DNA of 59,756 nucleotides from a virus (Duplodnaviria; Caudoviricetes): IMG/VR virus record IMGVR_UViG_3300029787_000037, positions 1 to 59,756 of that record; one strand, 5' to 3'. Shown piece by piece: positions 56,301 to 59,756 of this stretch (position 1 is its first letter; each line of letters starts with the position of its first letter). The notes under the pieces were generated by a model. It saw only the letters and a program-made list of their open reading frames with translations, ran no database searches and was not told where the DNA came from. The position numbers and the translations under genes were made by a program.

Positions 56301-59024
56301 GCTGTCCAACAGAACAGCGACATAAAGTTTATGGGTATGGATGACAGTAATGAAATTACTGCCCTAACCCTGGATATGTCAGAAGAAGGTAAAGCCCTCT
56401 TCAATCATCATCTTGTAGCAGACGGGAACGGATCAAGCGGCGGGGTTACGCTCCAAGACGGCAAGGTTGAAATAAGGACCGGAACAGGTTCTGTCGCTCA
56501 AGTAGACTTCTTTTGTGAAAGCAGTAACCTCCACAAAGTCACTGTCAAAGCTCCTCCTCACGCAAACTTTACAGGTGATGTTAATTTTCAACTCCCCAGT
56601 TCCGAAGGAACCACTGGACAGGTTCTTCAGACAGATGGATCAGGCAACACCTCTTGGACAACGGCTGGTGGTGGAGCTTCTGCACTAGATGGTCTCTCAG
56701 ACGTTAAGTACGAAGGAACAAACTTTGACAACAGTTTGAAGATCGGTAGCACAACTACAGGAACTTTGGTGGGCGCAAAGAGAAACGTCTTCATTGGTAA
56801 GGAAGCGGGAGACGCTGTTACCTCCGCCGTGGACAACACTGTGCTCGGGTATCAAGCAGCAAAGGACCTAACAGAAGGTTCAGCCAATGTCATCATTGGA
56901 AATGGGGCTGGACTGGATGGGACAGGAACAGGCTTCAAAGAGAACGTGCTTATCGGTATGGATGCTGGAGTCCAGGGAACCTCTGGGATGCAAGGCGTTG
57001 CGATTGGTTATGAAGCGGCAAGAGGTGCTCTTTCTGGTGGTGATAGAGGAAGCAAGAATATCAGCATCGGTTATAGATGTATGTATAACCTTCAAGGGGG
57101 CGGCTATAACGTAGCTGTTGGTTCTAGTGCGGGATCACAGGTTTCGACGGGGCAATACAACGTACTTCTCGGTAACTCATCAGGTAACTCTATAACCAGT
57201 GGTAGTAATAATGTTGTCATCGGGAATACTTTAGATACATCTTCTGCCACGGTGGACGGTGAGGTTGTTATAGGTTCGGATGTCCAACGTATTCACATAA
57301 ACAACTCAGGTGGTGTTCAGTTCAACTCAGCTTATCGGTTCCCCACAGCAGACGGTTCCTCTAACCAAGTCTTACAAACAGATGGTTCTGGCACTTTATC
57401 TTTTGCGACAGTCTCCGGTGGCGGCGGTGCTTCTGCATTAAACGATTTAAGTGACGTAGTATTTGATACTACGAATTTTAGTAACTCATTAATGTTAGGG
57501 GATACGCCTACTGGTACACTTAGCAGTGCAGACTATAACACATTTGTAGGATTTTTAACTGGAAGAGGCGTTACATCAGGAACCTATAATGCGGCTTTAG
57601 GTAAAGGCTCTCTCGGTAATCTAACGGAGGGAGATAACAATGTTGCTCTGGGGCAAGAAGCCCTTAGTACTGTCAGCACAAGTAGTGAGAATACTGGAAT
57701 AGGTAAGCACTCAATGAGAGCTACCAACGGTTCTTACAATACAGGGTTAGGCGCAGACTCAGGGTATAGACATTCTGGTGATGGAGCTACCTACATTGGA
57801 CATTCTGCTGGTAAGCAGATGTACACAGGAAATTACAATACCTATGTAGGCTACAAGGCTGGACACGGCGGGGCTTTATGGACTGCCATCGGAGATTTAA
57901 ACACGGCATTAGGTGTAGAGGCACTTAGAGAGGTTACTTCTGGAAGTGGTAATCTTGCTTTAGGATTTTATTCTGGCGACGGAATAACCAGTGGTAACTA
58001 TAACACGATTATTGGGTACGCAATGGACCCTGACTCAGCAACTGCTGGCGGGGAAGTTGTAATTGGAACAAACACTCGTCGCATCCATGTCGATAATACT
58101 GGTGGTGTTCAGTTCAACTCAGCTTACAGGTTCCCGACAGCAGATGGGTCTACCAACCAAGTCCTCCAGACAGACGGTGCGGGTGCGGTGTCATGGGCTA
58201 CAGTCTCCGGTGGTGGTGGTGGTGGGGTTGTAACAGCTATCAACAATGCTACCGCGAACAGGTTAACTACCATTGGCTCAACCACTACCGAACTAGATGG
58301 TGAAGCAAATCTAACTTTCTCAAGCAGTGTACTAACGATTACCTCCGAGGATACTTCTGCCAGTGCTGGTCCTTTCCTTAAACTTGATCGGCAGTCCCTC
58401 AGTGTAGCAGCGGGAGATGAGATCGGGGAGATACAGTTCAAAGGGCATAACTCATTCAATGGGAATATAGTTTACGGTGAGATGGGGGTGCGGATTGACG
58501 ACCCTTCCGCTACCCAAGAACAGACGACAATGCATTTCTCGATTCGATACAATAATGCGGCAGTTCGTCTTCTTGAGCTAGACCATCAATATGTTTCAAT
58601 GGCAAACGAGCAAAGTCTTCGTTGGACAGACGTAACTGCTAGTAACTACACAGTCACTTGGGCTAACGCGACACCTACCGCAAGCCGAACCATCACTTTC
58701 CCAGACGCCACTGGAACCGTCTTAACGACAGGGAACTCTGACACCCCAACTACAACGACATCATCAGGCGATGCAGACTTTGTCCTAGTCGATGACGGCG
58801 GGACAATGAAGAAGATCACACCAGCAAACCTGGGTATCGGCGGCGGTGGCGCATCCGCTCTAGACGGGCTTTCAGACGTTACGATCTCTTCTCCTCAAAA
58901 TGGACAGGTCTTGAAATATGACGGCTCTGGCTGGAGCAACGGAACAGACGCAACGGGTTCAGGGGGTGGCGGCTCGGGAGTAACAACTGGCAAGGCTATA
59001 GCAATGGCTATGGTCTTTGGTTAA
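53328..59024 (+). CDS. Long tail fibre protein, 1898 aa
   Basis: Repeated LxxLxDV...QVLxYDxxxWxN units, YadA-like NxxxG repeats, duplicated modules; C-terminal GKAIAMAMVFG. Confidence 0.88.
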   Translation: MAIKTTRYGTSNEIPPLASPLETGKTVTFPYKASDSQSQMSTAGGVHLMIIEGGRLIFTDDNNTFLPTFNASDITITWKHPFHRVDYKDEVVFIFNAFAKESEGMVHFRYVATGGQTTFSGADADGNTLAYSVADAVQVFKNGAYLPQTDYTATSLTSVVLNSGASVSDTITIWALQNLVDQTDLVTAINSSSASATAAATSATNASNDADDAEKWANHNFNTLFTLSDGVTTGYSAKSRSTDAQRFAEHPVNTTFGITGENTSTHYSAKHYANAASNSATSAGNSATSATNDAATAAAAAVTAQNAIDAFEAVYIGASATDPTTDLNGNALTAGDQYFNTTSNNLYVYTGSAWQIAGNPTNLAGLNDVDNSMSPTSGQVLQYDGTDWDAVTINVTGTLSGMTDTNITSVQDDQVLQYDNASSQWKNETLNLTTTLASLTDTTISSPQNDQILRYDSSDSKWKNEIAGYLTSSNPLASLSDVAMYTASSGDVLVWDGSQWDATSGYLTTAVTSVATGTGLSGGPITSTGTISLADTAVTAASYTNADITVDAQGRITAASNGTSGAITALNNATENEIVTVGSTTTELDAESNLTFDGTFLSVNASSGILLPDGKKLIWGNSVSGASYIEGSKASDYLKFWVSSGSNTSSASLYLYQGEVKLPTAVSLKFEGATSNAYATELTVVDPSANNVITLPNETGTVLTSASQLSTLSDVSYAGPSDGDVLTWDSGNQRWENQTGGGGSLVTLTDTNLNSPTNNQFIRYDSANSQWRNESVTIPSTMTDFTDVNSAMSPSTGDVLYYTGAEWSASGDFLTGNDSIQNLNDVAAMTPSTGDHLYYNGSQWTASTNTLTTASSLDSLSDVSASSPSMDEVLKWNGSNWTSGTAPSGSLPTLTDVAISSPNNEQILQYSSVNSQWENKALSVPIDLITSGSQATLSTSSGYIKLDAHTYLDFESDQDITLDHGGSYYTKFQETGTDYLTLRIDTDVQFKAVQQNSDIKFMGMDDSNEITALTLDMSEEGKALFNHHLVADGNGSSGGVTLQDGKVEIRTGTGSVAQVDFFCESSNLHKVTVKAPPHANFTGDVNFQLPSSEGTTGQVLQTDGSGNTSWTTAGGGASALDGLSDVKYEGTNFDNSLKIGSTTTGTLVGAKRNVFIGKEAGDAVTSAVDNTVLGYQAAKDLTEGSANVIIGNGAGLDGTGTGFKENVLIGMDAGVQGTSGMQGVAIGYEAARGALSGGDRGSKNISIGYRCMYNLQGGGYNVAVGSSAGSQVSTGQYNVLLGNSSGNSITSGSNNVVIGNTLDTSSATVDGEVVIGSDVQRIHINNSGGVQFNSAYRFPTADGSSNQVLQTDGSGTLSFATVSGGGGASALNDLSDVVFDTTNFSNSLMLGDTPTGTLSSADYNTFVGFLTGRGVTSGTYNAALGKGSLGNLTEGDNNVALGQEALSTVSTSSENTGIGKHSMRATNGSYNTGLGADSGYRHSGDGATYIGHSAGKQMYTGNYNTYVGYKAGHGGALWTAIGDLNTALGVEALREVTSGSGNLALGFYSGDGITSGNYNTIIGYAMDPDSATAGGEVVIGTNTRRIHVDNTGGVQFNSAYRFPTADGSTNQVLQTDGAGAVSWATVSGGGGGGVVTAINNATANRLTTIGSTTTELDGEANLTFSSSVLTITSEDTSASAGPFLKLDRQSLSVAAGDEIGEIQFKGHNSFNGNIVYGEMGVRIDDPSATQEQTTMHFSIRYNNAAVRLLELDHQYVSMANEQSLRWTDVTASNYTVTWANATPTASRTITFPDATGTVLTTGNSDTPTTTTSSGDADFVLVDDGGTMKKITPANLGIGGGGASALDGLSDVTISSPQNGQVLKYDGSGWSNGTDATGSGGGGSGVTTGKAIAMAMVFG

Positions 59025-59035
59025 GGAATGAAGTC

Positions 59036-59410
59036 ATGGCAAACCCCAACATAGTTGGTGTCACAAGTATTTATGGTAAGACAGCTTTCGATGCAGATAT
59101 ATCGACTAGCGATGACGCGATTCTAACCAATGCGGCTGGGTCCAACAAACTCCTGAAGATCAACTCTTTGGTGATTGCTAATATAGATGGGGGAAGTGCG
59201 GCTGATATTACAGTTAGTATAAAAAGTGCCAGCGGCACCTTGCTGGCTAAACTAGCTCACACAATAAGTGTCCCCGCCGACTCCACTCTAGTCGTTATCT
59301 CGAAAGATACCTCTATTTATCTTGAGGAAGACAGGGCAATCCATCTGGATGCTAGTGCCGCTGGCGATCTGTCAGGTGTGTGTTCTTACGAAGAAATTGA
59401 TGATGCATAG
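59036..59410 (+). CDS. Small tail-associated virion protein
   Basis: MANPNIV.VT.IYGKT...ISVPADSTL...IYLEE...SYEEI pattern; AAGGA RBS. Confidence 0.7.
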   Translation: MANPNIVGVTSIYGKTAFDADISTSDDAILTNAAGSNKLLKINSLVIANIDGGSAADITVSIKSASGTLLAKLAHTISVPADSTLVVISKDTSIYLEEDRAIHLDASAAGDLSGVCSYEEIDDA

Positions 59411-59412
59411 AA

Positions 59413-59756
59413 ATGGCTTTCAACTATTTCGATAACTCTAGCCTAGTCGGTATATATAAACGCGACAGAACGGCGGGTATCCAAAGCATACAATCCGAAG
59501 CGAGCAATAAACAGGCCGCTGGAGGACATACATTTTGGAACGCTGGCGCACATACATGGGTAGCACCATCTGGGGTGACCTCTATTGGTGTGCTAACTAT
59601 CGGCGGGGGCGGTGGTGGAATGTATTATAATAACACTCAGACCACCTGGGCGTACCCCATGAATGGTGGAGGGGGTGGAGGACTTGCGTGGCTAAACGAT
59701 TACCCAGTCCAACCTGGGCAAGGATATGTAGTTGTCGTAGGAGCGGGGGGATCAAG
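59413..59756 (+). CDS. 5' part of the Gly-rich fibre gene continuing into 1-812
   Basis: MAFNYFDN...TWVAPSGVTSIGVLTIGGGGGG open to the window end, in frame with ORF 3..812. Confidence 0.75.
   Translation, partial: MAFNYFDNSSLVGIYKRDRTAGIQSIQSEASNKQAAGGHTFWNAGAHTWVAPSGVTSIGVLTIGGGGGGMYYNNTQTTWAYPMNGGGGGGLAWLNDYPVQPGQGYVVVVGAGGS
59657..59756. repeat. Terminal direct repeat, right copy
   Basis: 99/100 identical to bases 1-100. Confidence 0.95.

Overview
A complete, circularly permuted genome (~59.66 kb; bases 1-100 recur at 59657-59756) of a temperate, podovirus-type dsDNA phage. The host is probably a marine alphaproteobacterium (inferred from CtrA boxes, a ROSE-type thermometer and an FtsZ-tail-like motif). 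Layout: tail-fibre and lysis genes (1-6.5 kb); Hsp20, attP, int and xis (6.7-9.0 kb); leftward replication genes nrdJ, polA, SSB-like, Cas4-like nuclease and SNF2 helicase (9.3-17.7 kb); rightward primase, SF3 helicase, probable origin and RuvC-like resolvase (17.9-22.7 kb); a GC-rich leftward early block with a MoxR/CobS ATPase and a split CobT-like/VWA partner (22.9-28.5 kb); then terminase, portal, scaffold, capsid, adaptor, nozzle, ejection proteins and a long tail fibre (29.1-59.7 kb). Two leads stand out. First, a second integrase-type site with the attP arm repeats and core half-sites but a different 7-bp overlap lies 21 kb from attP, just before the terminase genes; it may be a loxP-like circularisation/resolution site or an Int operator. 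Second, an HlyC-family RTX-activating acyltransferase heads the ejection-protein operon, directly upstream of a protein with an RTX-like nonapeptide and a hydrophobic segment. Other notable signals: attP carries the 5' half of tRNA-Thr(TGT) with a candidate replacement promoter; AGACA/TGTCT clusters recur genome-wide, often over promoters; a structured RNA candidate precedes an internal terminator; and a 2885-aa polyvalent ejection protein is punctuated by RYSRI motifs. All protein assignments come from motif recognition by eye; no database search was run.
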